A stretch of 63,444 bases of DNA, filler included, from Bigelowiella natans CCMP2755 (Eukaryota > Protista > Cercozoa): assembly GCA_000320545.1 (NCBI GenBank). It is 11 parts of 11 records of this genome, joined end to end, with 100 filler letters (N's around TTAATTAATTAA, not from the genome) between each part and the next. Parts side by side here need not be neighbours in the genome. Positions count along the whole stretch, not along the records: positions 36,796 to 45,773 come from ADNK01002691.1; positions 45,874 to 47,249 come from ADNK01003154.1; positions 47,350 to 55,314 come from ADNK01001557.1; 8 more parts are not named here. One strand, given 5' to 3'. The notes beneath the pieces were generated by a model. That model was not told where the DNA came from. It saw only the letters and a program-made list of their open reading frames with translations, and searched no databases. The first letter of the stretch is position 1, and each line of letters opens with the position of its first letter. Made by a program: the position numbers and the translations under genes. Positions 42,618 through 54,311 of the stretch are shown here, one piece after another.

Positions 42618-42950
42618 GTCAATCTCACAGTGAGATGATTCTTCAAATGGAAATCACAGTTGGATGTTTTGCAAAACAGGAATCCTTTTGCTAACAGCAC
42701 ACATTGTTGAGCATGTGTGTTGTGGGAGTCGCACATGTGTTGGTACATTGCTTTGTGATGGCAGTTTGTCAGCACGGCACATCGCTTCGCAACAGCAGTC
42801 GCACATGAGCAGTCGCATGAATGAACATCATGCAAATTTGATGCGACATTTGTTTACTTTGTGAAAACTTGTGGCAAAATATGTCCTTGTAGGTGCACCA
42901 TTTGAATGTCAATTGTTTGTTTTGCAGGTAGGAACACACATTTGCATGTT

Positions 42951-43610
42951 CTACTTTGTTGTTGGTGTGTGTTGTTGTCTTCTTTTTAAACATTTCTTGG
43001 TTCTTTGATGTCTTCGTAAATGCTTTTTGGTTACAGCACAATTGCAGAACTCACAATTTGCCTTTTGTTTCATTTCTTCTAACATTTTTTCTTTGTTTGC
43101 TTCTCTACATTTTTTGTTGCATTGTGTTAGTGTGTGTTGTTGTCTTCTTTTCAAACATTTCTTGGTTCTTTGATGTCTTCGTAAATGCTTTTTGGTCATG
43201 GCACAATTACAGAACTCACAATTTGCCTTTTGTTTCATTTCTTCTAACATTTTTTCTTTGTTTGCTTCTCTATATTTTTTGTTGTATTGTTTTATCTTTT
43301 CTTTGTTCGCTTCTCTGCATTCTTTCTTTTGTTGATTTATTTTTTCTTTATTTGCTTCTCTGTAGTTTTTGCTGTATTGTTTCATTTTTTCTCTGTTCTT
43401 TATTCTATATATTTTGGTCGCTATTCTCATTTCTTCTTTTAACAATGTATGTAACTTTCTTCCATCATTTTTAATTTTTTCCTCCAGAGCACAGCCTTTT
43501 TCCATACTGATATGGTCCTCTTGCGAACTAGTTCTCATTTTAGCGACATCAAGTGGTATTATTTTTATGTTTTTTCTTATTTTTAATAATTCATTTTTTA
43601 ACTCTTCCAT
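42951..43610 (-). CDS. YREANKEK-repeat protein with two zinc-finger-like modules (type seen in Polinton/virophage/giant-virus proteins)
   Basis: (Y/C)REANKEK x4 and CEFCNC..TKKHLRRHQRTKKC x2. Intact ATG and upstream TATAAAGA. Confidence 0.7.
   Translation of the reverse strand: MEELKNELLKIRKNIKIIPLDVAKMRTSSQEDHISMEKGCALEEKIKNDGRKLHTLLKEEMRIATKIYRIKNREKMKQYSKNYREANKEKINQQKKECREANKEKIKQYNKKYREANKEKMLEEMKQKANCEFCNCAMTKKHLRRHQRTKKCLKRRQQHTLTQCNKKCREANKEKMLEEMKQKANCEFCNCAVTKKHLRRHQRTKKCLKRRQQHTPTTK
42961..43290. repeat. 165-bp tandem duplication (2 copies)
   Basis: 42961-43125 aligns with 43126-43290 without gaps, with 8 substitutions by manual alignment. Confidence 0.92.
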
Positions 43611-43674
43611 TTAATGTTATAATATTCAATTCTTTATATCGTTTTCCTCTTCATTTCAATTTCAACCCCACTTA

Positions 43675-43745
43675 AATTAGTGCTTTCTTTTACCTCCTTC
43701 ACTTTACAATTAATGAGGGCTTCTGGGGCTTTTCAAAAACCAAAC

Positions 43746-43794
<49 letters not shown>

Positions 43795-43990
43795 TATATT
43801 ATCGCTTCGCAACATACATACATACATAGCACGGCACATAGCACGGCACGGCACATAGCACATAATGACATCGCATGCTTCTTCATTTTTTTTTAGACCC
43901 CCGCTTTAATTAGTGTTTTTTTCTAACCTCCTTCATTTTACAATTAATGAGGGCTTTAGGGGCTTTTCAAAAACCAAACTTTTTAATATA
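43675..43990. repeat. ~85-bp direct repeat pair near the element's right end
   Basis: aattagtg...acctccttca(c/t)tttacaattaatgagggctt..ggggcttttcaaaaaccaaactttttaatatat at ~43675-43757 and ~43908-43990. Confidence 0.9.
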
Positions 43991-44881
43991 TGTACATATA
44001 TATGCATCAAAATACTTACATACTTTAACATATACAACCCCCGCCCTTGAAAAAGACCCCTGGGAAACACAAGTATGATGATGTAACATGACACAGCATG
44101 ATGAAGCTGTCGCATCGCTTTGCGAGCAGGTGGGCTCTGCCCACATCGCAGATACCGCCATTGGCGGTCACAATGATCATTGTCATTGTTGCTTACACAT
44201 CACACACTAAGAATCGAATTGCACCATTGAGGCCTACACTGTCTCATCTTTACACAGTTATGCTCTAGTACTTGCTGCTCTGGTGCTGGCCGTAGATGAC
44301 TTACGAAATGTTTTATGGGCTAAGCGCCCTGCATGCCATGTTTGGCGTGCATGTACATGCTCAGCATGCAGCGCAGCGGGTCGTAGGTACGACATGCAGG
44401 AGCACAGATTCTGATCCTACAATGCGTACATGATGTGAATGTGTGCAGCACATGTCACCTTTAATCGGTGCATGGCCTGCGATTTTGTCTCGCGCAGCAG
44501 AGGCGACAGGTCAGAGCGGCAGGTCGCAATGCTCACAGCGTACTAGGAGTCCTCATTCCTACCTCTTCAATCTCGCTCTGCTGGCTACATCACGTGTACA
44601 TGTCGCGGCAGTTTGAGGATGCGAGCTGTGAATAAGTGCGATGCAAGGCGATCAACGTAGGTGCGTGAATTAATCACGTATCGATCACAATTTTCATTTT
44701 TTTAAGAATTAAGGTAATTGACGACTAGCACGATGCAATATTTCGCTGGCCAGTCTCCTCCCCCCCCTCCGCATTATACAACAGCCAGGAATAGCTATAA
44801 AAGTGATGAGCGTGTCACCACTAATAGTCACGCCCCACCTCGCTTTTAACCCAGTAAACACGGCCGATCTGCAGGAAGTTG

Positions 44882-47100
44882 TCATCTATTTATATCGAGC
44901 TCTACCCCCCCCCCCCGCCCCTCGTTTGTAGGGCGACCGTCATCTTCTTCTTCTTCGTCTATCACAAGTCTTTCAACCAGCAGCTCCCAAAGGATGCTAG
45001 TACTTGCGTTAATGCTATTGCGACGCTTGCTATCGATTCCGCTGCCATCATCAGCATTGTCGTTGATATAACGGCCTCCCGTTTGAGCGAGCAGCTTACT
45101 CTGATCTTGCTGCTCCTGAGGGGGAGGCCTCTCGTTGTAACCCACCCCCTCTTCCTTTGCCATCATCGTATGAGAATGCGGAGGAGTCGGCGGGAGGAGA
45201 GGTGTTTGTGGAGGATTCGTCCAAATATAGTCGATCCAAGAAGATAGAGAAGCGCCTTCTTCGTGGTCCCCTTGCTCGGCCATTGTTGCGTGGCCACCGA
45301 CCTCTCCCCCATCCTTCCTATTACTTGACGTTGTCGTCCTTCGATCCCCCCCCCCTCTCGCCATAACACGGTAGGCGTTGCTGCTATTCCAGCTCACAGC
45401 CCAGAGTGCATGTGCTTGCTCCTCCGCCGTCGTGAGAGACAGCAACCACTTACCATCCCGCGACGATGCGAGCGCCGAGTGGAAGAATCGAGCCTCTTGC
45501 ACGTCCTCGTGGCAAAACGAAAGGGCCCTCCAACTCGATCTGCCCGCACTTCTACCCTCCGTTTTCCCCGTAGTTCGTGATGGTGGGGGGGGGGGGGGGG
45601 GTGCAGGTGCTGCTACTTCTTCTCCCCTCCCTCCTTCTCCCCCGCGGAGTGAACTGACGGGGGAGAGGGGGGGGAGGGGTTAGATGGCTAAGATGGTGAA
45701 ATTGAGGTGACCTCACGGTGTTGGTGGGGCCAGGAACGCACCTAACAGAATCTACATCTATTTATGGCTGACANNNNNNNNNNNNNNNNNNNNNNNNNNN
45801 NNNNNNNNNNNNNNNNNTTAATTAATTAANNNNNNNNNNNNNNNNNNNNNNNNNNNNNNNNNNNNNNNNNNNNCCGGGGTGGGCGGTGCGCCAAAACGTC
45901 ACTAGTTCTTGGGTCGGCATCTCGTTGTCCTGGACGTTGAACCAGAGGCGCGGCGTGAGCATGCAGGGATGACTGGGGGCAATTTTCAGCCATTTGTTCT
46001 AGACGTTTAGAAGGGTAGACATAAAGGCAAAAGGGGAGAAGATGGGAGGGGGGCACAACCAAAGGAATTTCAGGAATTTCCCCCCCCTTCCATCGGTATG
46101 TATATATTCGGTTCAAAGATGTTGTTTAGTGTTTGGTCCAAAAGAGAAATGGGGGGGGGGGGGGGGGGGATGGTAGTATAACCAGCGCTGCAACGTGGCC
46201 GTCGGCGATGAACTGATCGTATATCCGGAGGGAAATGGGGGGGGGCAGAACCGAGGCGAATATTGTTAGGAACCACTTGAGAGCCATGTACGCGACGTTG
46301 TCCTGCTCACACGATTAAGGCAATGATGGCAGTAGTATATGGTCATGGTTACAAAATAATAAAAACAGATTCTAATCTGAAGTATCATCGGGGGAGGGGG
46401 GTGACGCAAAGTCGATCAAATAACTCTACTTTCGTCCTATGGCATCGATCTAGAAGGAAGGGGGAAAAGAACCACGTCACCATTCATTGCAAGGGACAGG
46501 AGGCGGCAAACGCGAAGAAAAAGACATGAAACACACTCACAAACACAACAACAACAGCACGCTCGCATACCCCAGAGAAAATGCCTTTCTTGCAACCGAA
46601 ATTGGCCAGAAGCTCGTTTAGGTGCTCAGAGAGCCTAGGATGGTATTTCTCCATCAATCCTGTAGCGACAGGGACATTCGCGAAAGATAGCAAACGACAA
46701 CAACAACAACAACAACAACAACAACAGCGACACAGAAAGGCGTCAGAAGACGATCCTGATTCGGTAACGACACTCGGTAGGATGGCAAACATCTAAAAGC
46801 AACATCAACAGCTGGCTTTCAAACAACGTCGAGGGTGTGGGCGAGGGAGAACTCCGTGATTGCTGTCTCACAAGACCCAAACTAGCGCCCCACTGGAAGC
46901 ACGCACTCAATTGCCGCTGAAAGATTCGGTGAAGAATCGAAGCTGTTGTTTTTATGATGTTGCTGCTGCTATTGTTGGTGCTATTACGATCTAGCATCCA
47001 TCCCAATTGACAGGCAAGAGGGAACCCCAGACTGCCTTTCCTCTTCCCCTCGCCAAACACGTCGCGATGCGAGTAAAACGGATCTCTGCAGATTTTTGAG
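44882..47100 (-). CDS. Possible Rab-GAP TBC-domain protein (3' part, spans a gap)
   Basis: Exons LMEKYHPRLSEHLNELL and YMALKWFLTI resemble the TBC C-terminal subdomain. Long low-complexity terminal exon. Confidence 0.4.
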
Positions 47101-47369
47101 AAGGGGGGGGGGGGGGGGGGGGGAAAGGAAGTTTGGGGTTTAATCGTGACTGTCTATCGGGAGGGATGTGGGATAGCGATGGGGAGCACCCATGCTGGGA
47201 GGTTGTTCCGCGCTACTCCGGGTCATTGAGCTGGCTGTTATAGGTCACCNNNNNNNNNNNNNNNNNNNNNNNNNNNNNNNNNNNNNNNNNNNNTTAATTA
47301 ATTAANNNNNNNNNNNNNNNNNNNNNNNNNNNNNNNNNNNNNNNNNNNNGTGTCGTGTCGTGTGTGTTT

Positions 47370-47421
<52 letters not shown>

Positions 47422-47463
47422 CACCTTCTCCTAAGGTATATCCCTAGTCGCATCGCTACCTCA

Positions 47464-47958
47464 ATGGACTCCTACGACGCAGCTCAGCGTGCGAGGGAGT
47501 ACTTCGACAAGCAAGTCGGGCACATCCAGCACTCGATCAACAGCCGCTTCACCCTCCATCCTTACTTCTCGCACACCGTCGTTCGGAAGAACATGAGGCT
47601 GGAACAGGTGGTCAACCAGCGGCTGAACAGCTTCGAGATGCAGCTGGAGAAATACAACACCCGAGGTGAGGCTGGAGGGGAAACCGAGCGCGCGCGCGGC
47701 AGAATGCCTATATGATGGAGAGCTCCTCCTCTTCCTCCTTCTCCTCTCCTCCTCCTCCTCCTTATCATCAACATCAGCATCTTTATCATCGTTTCTGGGA
47801 CTGATTTACCCCCCCCCCCCCCCCCTCCCTTTCTCCGAACCTGCGTCGTCGACGTCGTTGGCAAGGCTTTATGATCGAGAAGGACAAGTGTGCAATGCTC
47901 GAGTTTTTCCAGGACCACGACATTCACGTGCCTAAGGTAATGCTTATCAATGGATGGT

Positions 47959-47989
<31 letters not shown>

Positions 47990-48340
47990 GTAGTAGTAGT
48001 CGTTGTAGTACATGTAGTAGTAGTAGTGGCAGGATAAGATTTCCACGTACATATTTCATGCGATCCTATTCTAAAGTATTGAATGCTGCAATGTGTAGCT
48101 ACTTCTTTGATGACGCGACTCTTTGCCTCCTCCTCCCCCTCCCCCCTCCCTCCTCCTCCTCCGTCATTTTCTTCTTCTTCTTCTTCTTCTCCCACTGCCG
48201 CACGCCTACCCGCAGATAATTGGAATATACCATGACAAGAAGAAGGCACATGAGAAGCTCAAGGCCATTCAGTCGGAATCGGCTTCTTATAACTACCCGC
48301 TGTTCTTGAAAGGCTGCCACCTCACACAGGTGATATAGAA

Positions 48341-48419
<79 letters not shown>

Positions 48420-48995
48420 CCCAATTGCTTGCGAGATGAGCAAAATGGTATTGTGAAAACAACCCAGCATGAGCATCAGCACCATTGTTATTTAAGACGT
48501 ATGCTGCCGTTGTGCTAAAAGTGTGAGAGGCGCTGTGGTGAAACACGGTGATTGGTACCGCGATTTTGCGCTCCTGATAACCGCCATTCTTCTCCTCCTC
48601 CTCCCCCTCCTTCTTCTTTGTCTTCGTTTGCTACTCTGAAAAAAGGGAGGGGATAAGGGAACGGTGGCGGTTCGGATGGAGGTCTTTCTCGCACAGCACA
48701 TGCACACACGAAAACCTAAATATATCGTACGTACGAAGATGATGCTTGTCGGTGATGAGAATGACGAGTGGTGACAGCAGCAATAGCGCGGTGAGAAGAA
48801 GAAGATGATGATGACGATGATGATGCTTCGTCAGAACTTCACTCGTAACGGGGCAATGGAACGTTACATGCTACCCTGGATCGATACGAAATGGGAACAA
48901 AAGCCTCTCGATAACAATCGCCCTTGGTATCTTTATGATAGCAATCTTCTTATAACGTATATTGCCTACCCCCCCCCTCCTCCCGCCGAATGACA

Positions 48996-49033
<38 letters not shown>

Positions 49034-49324
49034 CAAAACGCTCTTTCTCTTTCATAAGGTCGAAAACAATGAATAAGCTGCTAGCTACGTTAGAGCCTGG
49101 AATCGCAATACAGGTTCTCTCTCTCTAGAGGGAAGCGTTCAAACAAAGGAATAGGGGGGGGGGGGGGGGGGGGGGGAATCGCACACGCGAGTAATAAACA
49201 CACCATTGCAAGCGTTTTGTTGGTTTGTGTTCTTTGGGGTCATCGTTTCCATTCGTTTTGATGATTGCGCATATCGCGTATCGAGCACGATGATGGGATT
49301 TACCCCCCTCCCTCCTTAGAGAGG

Positions 49325-49361
<37 letters not shown>

Positions 49362-50525
49362 CCATGCAACTTACTCTTTGCTGTTGTTTACCTATGGCCA
49401 TCAGGGGCCGTTCCGAGGCTTGCGTATCTCCCCGGAGAACACGCCGCTAGAGGCGAAGGTGGAGGTTGTATGGGGGCGGGCCTACCTGGGTCTCTTCCCC
49501 GAGTACCATGATATCATAGCGCTCAGGTGTGATTGATTCGTCTACATTGCATAGAAATATGTATATCGTAAAAGTACTCATTTATTTCACGGTCTAGTCG
49601 AATACGCTATAAAATGCACACACACACACACATGCGCGCAAGTATCCACGCAAATACATAATTATATTTTTACTTCTTTTCATTAGATATTATATATATA
49701 TATATATATATAATACATATATATGATATATAATACATATATATGATTATTGATATGTTATTGCGTGTTGCTTCTTCCCTTGACCTTCCCCCACCCCCCC
49801 CCGTCCAATCCGCAGGGGTGGTGTTTTCGAGTACACCCGTAGAGAGAAGGGAACTCCTGAGCACTGGACGCTTGGAAATAAAGAAGACACACGCCTACGG
49901 TGGTTGGTTGATGGAGGTCATATGGAATCAGTCTGGGCTTTAGCTGAGAAGGTAATATACACAGTGCCTCGCATCATCGTCGTCGTGTGTCGCTGTTGTT
50001 TTTGGCCATTTTTAAGCTCGATGGCTGGGGTGAAATGTGTGTGTTTGAAGGCGGTGGTGGAAGTGGTAGTAGTACAAGGGAGGTGTTTCCGTGAGACTCG
50101 CCCTGCCCTTTCTCTCTCTATCACTATCACTCCAAGCCGGCATCATTCGCTGCTAATATCGTTCTCGCGGTTGGGGTTATCGCCGTGGTTCTTCTTGCTA
50201 TTATTTATTGTTGTCGTTTGCTGCCGCGCAACGGCGAAACCACCAGGTCGCGCGCCGCATCGGAATCGACGAGATCAGAGTGGACATCTTCATTGACCCG
50301 GAGCGCCCAGAGGCACCCGCTGTCAATGAGATCTCGCTCAGCAGCGCACACAACTATCTTTTCCATTCGCCGTACCTGGCGCGAGCCTGGATCGGCCCCC
50401 ACCTCAAACGGCAGTTGAAGGCCTCTGGGAGAGAGTCGGGAGACGAGGAGGTGCGGATGTGGAACGCCCCCAAGATCCGTGCTACGACGAAAGACGTGCA
50501 TCTGCAAACACTCGCTGCTTCATAG
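47464..50525 (+). CDS. Multi-exon protein, possibly ATP-grasp fold
   Basis: Coherent coding exons: IYHDKKKA..YPLFLKGCHLTQ, EAKVEVVWGR, VARRIGIDEIRVDIFID..VNEISLSS. The RVD...NE pattern suggests ATP-grasp. Confidence 0.4.
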
Positions 50526-51086
50526 TGAGCAGAGTTTCTTGCTGCTATTTTCGCAGAGTGGTAGAGGTAGTAGTAGTGGTAGTAGTAGTGGTAGTAGTGG
50601 TAAGGGTCAAAGAAGGTCACAAATAGTGCGAGTTAAGTAGTAGAAGTAGCAGCAGGAGGAGTAGCAAAAATAGTGAAAGTAAAAAGTTACAATAGTAGTC
50701 GTCCTAGTAGCATTCGCAAGATGCAGTTTCTTGGAGGAGGGCATAGAGCCTTCGAGGGCTTTTCAAACGCTATAAGGTTGCATTGCAGAAAATGGTAAAA
50801 CTATTATCGATTCGGAACGCTCCCAACGCATCGAGCACCTTCCCTCCCGGCTATTCTTTCAATCAGCCCCACCCCCCATTCACCCCATCCAGAAAAATAA
50901 AGAAATATCACATCATTATAATCAGCACGTAGATAGAAGTCCTCTGTCGCCGCGTATCATGCAATCGGCTTGTTCTGCCTTGATTACTATTTCTGTGTCG
51001 TATCAACTGGCGATCGTACATGACAAACGCTTGCGGGCGCAGCTTGCAATACAATTTCCATCTCCAAATGCCAGTATATATATATA

Positions 51087-51123
<37 letters not shown>

Positions 51124-52471
51124 AGCAACAATTTGTTGACCGGCCATCGCTAGATCGTAGGCACCTGCTAGCCTGCTTGCTAAGATAATAACAAAATGCA
51201 AAAATTCGTAGCTCTTTCCATCCGCCTTGCTAGCATGCATAATAGACACAGTAATAGCATATATAATATATATATGGTATTACGTTGTCTATAATATGCT
51301 GGTGTCAAATCACAGCAAAATTTGAAAGAGCACAAACCATAGATGCCACTTGCTTAGTTGCTGGCTTGTACGAGAGCAGCAGCAGCTTCGCTTCGATCGT
51401 CAAGATTGGGGGTAGCTGGTGTTCGCCCCGTGTTTGACCATCTTCAAAATCTGTTAAGCAATACGCAAACTAGCAATGTTAGCGAAATGCCGGCGCGTCG
51501 CTCGCATACATACCCGTGCTTCGCATGCTGGCACGTACCTGTACTCACCTGCTAGCTAGCTAGCAAAATAAATATGTGCACAGCAAATTGTCGACCTTGC
51601 TATGCTGCGTATATCACACGTACGTACGTCAGTGGCTGTTGGCTCAGCATGCGCATACATCGTAGCACCCCATGTACATCAAAGTCATGTTTTGCATTTC
51701 TGTCACATCTACATCTTACTAGCTTAATACGCATCAATATATAAGACTAGCCAGCGAGTAGCAAAATGGCGTTGACAACAAAGCACCATTAACAAATTTA
51801 ATTGATTTATTATATACGTCTTACATAGCTACAATATCTATAGTAGCTAGCACATCGACGGCAATAGGCATGATTGCTATGCTATTACTGTGTCTATTAT
51901 CATGTGTTGTCCATAGACACACATACATCATGTTAATGTCACGTATCGTGTACGTCGAACTAACACATATATACACACTAAGTAGTAAGGGGATATGCTC
52001 TATACGTGCGGCGTTGCGAAGTAAGTTATGCGGCTGGATGCGAACTAGTAGCGCTTACACATCGCAAATCACCGCTTGCGAGGTAGGCTGTCTAGCGATC
52101 CAGGCACAAGGATATGCTATGTAGATGTGTAGATGCGCCTATTGTAAGCTTATTCGCAAAAAAATCGCAACAACATAGCGTGCAAATCCACAAATCTTGC
52201 ACTGTTGCTGCAAGGTAAGTTTTAGGACAGCTTTCGCTCGACTAAATTCCAGAAAGCGTTTCCCGCTGCTCCTACTCTACGCTTGCAATGCTTCATCTAC
52301 TTCTATTCATTCCCCACTGTTTCATCCCATAGCTCCCTACCAATATTCACTCTTAAGCCCTCTACCACTGAGCGCAAAGAGGAGAGTTTGCAAATAATTA
52401 AGATTCCTCTAAATTTCACGACTAATCGCATGGCCCAGCACCATAGGCCTGCAGGCCCATACCCTTCTTAC

Positions 52472-53248
52472 TTAAACCATGGATTTAACAATCGCCAAGT
52501 AGGAGTCAGCTTTAAGCGATGCGCCTCCCACAAGGAACCCATCGATGTCCTTCATCGCGATGAGCTCTCCGGAGTTCTTAGGCTTTACAGAGCCACCATA
52601 GCAGATTCTAAGACCGGCCGCAACCTCCTCGCCAACAGCACCTGCGACGTATTTTCGGATGTGCGCGTGGACTTCTTGCGCCTGCTCCTTCGTCGCAGTG
52701 TTACCCGTTCCGATCGCCCATAGAGGCTCGTAAGCGACGGCAAATTTGGACCAGTCTTTCACTACTGGCAGCACCGCTGCGAGCTGCTCTTCGATCACAG
52801 TGGTGGTTTTGTTCTCTTTCCTCTCCGCCTCGGTCTCCCCCACGCACACGCACACGGAAAGGCTCGCATCTATGGACGCTGCGACCTTGAGCGCCACGAT
52901 CTTGTTTGACTCAAACGTCTGCATCTTCTCGGATTGACGGCGCTCGGAGTGGCCAGCAATCGCCCACGGGATTCCTGCATCCCTGAGCTGCGTTGCGCTC
53001 ACCTCACCCGTGAACGCCCCGCAGGGGTTCGCCGAAACGTTCTGCGCGCAAACTCCGAGCTTGCTGCCCTTCGCCTTCGCCGCCACCTGGCCAAGATGCA
53101 TCATCGTGGGCGCGACGAACACCTCGAGGTTCTTCAGCTCGACGGCCTTGAGCCCCTCGATCATACCGTCCGTCCTCTTCGCGTTTTCGTCCAGAGTTCC
53201 GTTGCACTTCCAGTTGCCGATGAGAAGCTTCTTGCGGGAGGAAGACAT
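52472..53248 (-). CDS. TPI: Triosephosphate isomerase, intronless
   Basis: GNWKCN, GAFTGEVS, GHSERR, AYEPLWAIGTG, YGGSV and DGFLVGGASL. ATG at 53248. Confidence 0.97.
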   Translation of the reverse strand: MSSSRKKLLIGNWKCNGTLDENAKRTDGMIEGLKAVELKNLEVFVAPTMMHLGQVAAKAKGSKLGVCAQNVSANPCGAFTGEVSATQLRDAGIPWAIAGHSERRQSEKMQTFESNKIVALKVAASIDASLSVCVCVGETEAERKENKTTTVIEEQLAAVLPVVKDWSKFAVAYEPLWAIGTGNTATKEQAQEVHAHIRKYVAGAVGEEVAAGLRICYGGSVKPKNSGELIAMKDIDGFLVGGASLKADSYLAIVKSMV

Positions 53249-53990
53249 GGTGGGTGGCGGGAGGGTGCAGGGGGGGGGGGGTTCGTGGGTTCTGTTTCTG
53301 GTAGAGATTTGTTCTCGCTGTAAGGAGGGCACAGCGGCGACGTCACGCAGTTGGAAGGCTCGGCGCCCAGAATTCCAGGGGATTTCGAACTAAAATCACA
53401 CGAATTTCGCTGTCGCAAATACTTAAATTCCGCTTCTTTTTCCCAAAAATCTACTGAAAATCCTTCTCGGCACTCCCACATCCGAAAGACTACTGAGGTC
53501 AGAGGCGCGCGACAAGCTCTCGGGGAGGGGGGGGGAGACCATGTTCCCTCTCTCCCCTGAACCCCACACCCCCCCATCTCTCGTTTTATCTGAATAATTT
53601 CTCCTGATGCCTTCTGTTGAAGTGAATTATACTCACCTGTACATCGGTCTGCGCTCACGTGTGCGGTTTTCGTGCTGCAATGACATCGCAGGGTAGAGGG
53701 AAGGATGAGCGGCGACCGGAAAATGAGGCCCTCGATTGTGTAATTCATTTGTTTTGGCGTTGTTTCTCCCTTTTCATGGCATTGTTGTCATATCGTGTTG
53801 CATCCGAAGCACGGCAGCGGTTTCAGTGGGGTGAAAAGATCCCCGCTGCTTCAAGGCCTGAGCAGTCGCATCGACGCTTGCACAGTTGCTTTCGATAGGA
53901 CACAATCTCCTCCCGGATTGAAATATTTTGGGGGAGCATTTGATGTATTTGTGTTTGTATTTTTGTATGTGTTTGTGTGTGTGTGTGTTT

Positions 53991-54028
<38 letters not shown>

Positions 54029-54259
54029 GTATGTGTGTGTGTGTGTGTGTTTGTGTGTTTCACTGTTTGTATTTTGGTGTGCATCATATCTCTCGGTCAT
54101 CACCGTGCAGCTACGCGTTTGTAGCCAAGGTAATAACTTAAACAATCGTTAGACGTCGCAGTACGCGTTATGCATGGCATTTCGCTCTTTCTCCCCTTAC
54201 ATCCCCCAATTCACTTCCGGTTCCTGCTTTACACACGCACACACACACATACACACACC

Positions 54260-54311
<52 letters not shown>

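Larger units (their letters stand above)
36796..44000 (-). mobile_element. Endogenous Polinton-like virus / virophage-like element, partial and TpA-hypermutated
   Basis: Intron-free, AT-rich block of tightly packed co-oriented ORFs (fibre-like, PolB, D5-like, zinc-finger repeat) with shared upstream motifs. It is contiguous with host-type DNA on the right and cut by a gap on the left. No capsid, packaging ATPase or integrase gene is visible. Confidence 0.8.

Noticed and set aside
38400-42900. CpG-methylation decay or an alternative genetic code as the cause of the His/Cys excess
   Set aside because: CpG and Arg codons persist while TpA is missing. Non-coding motifs are altered too, and tandem copies differ at TA. 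A few kelch columns alone are ambiguous and minor CpG decay is possible.
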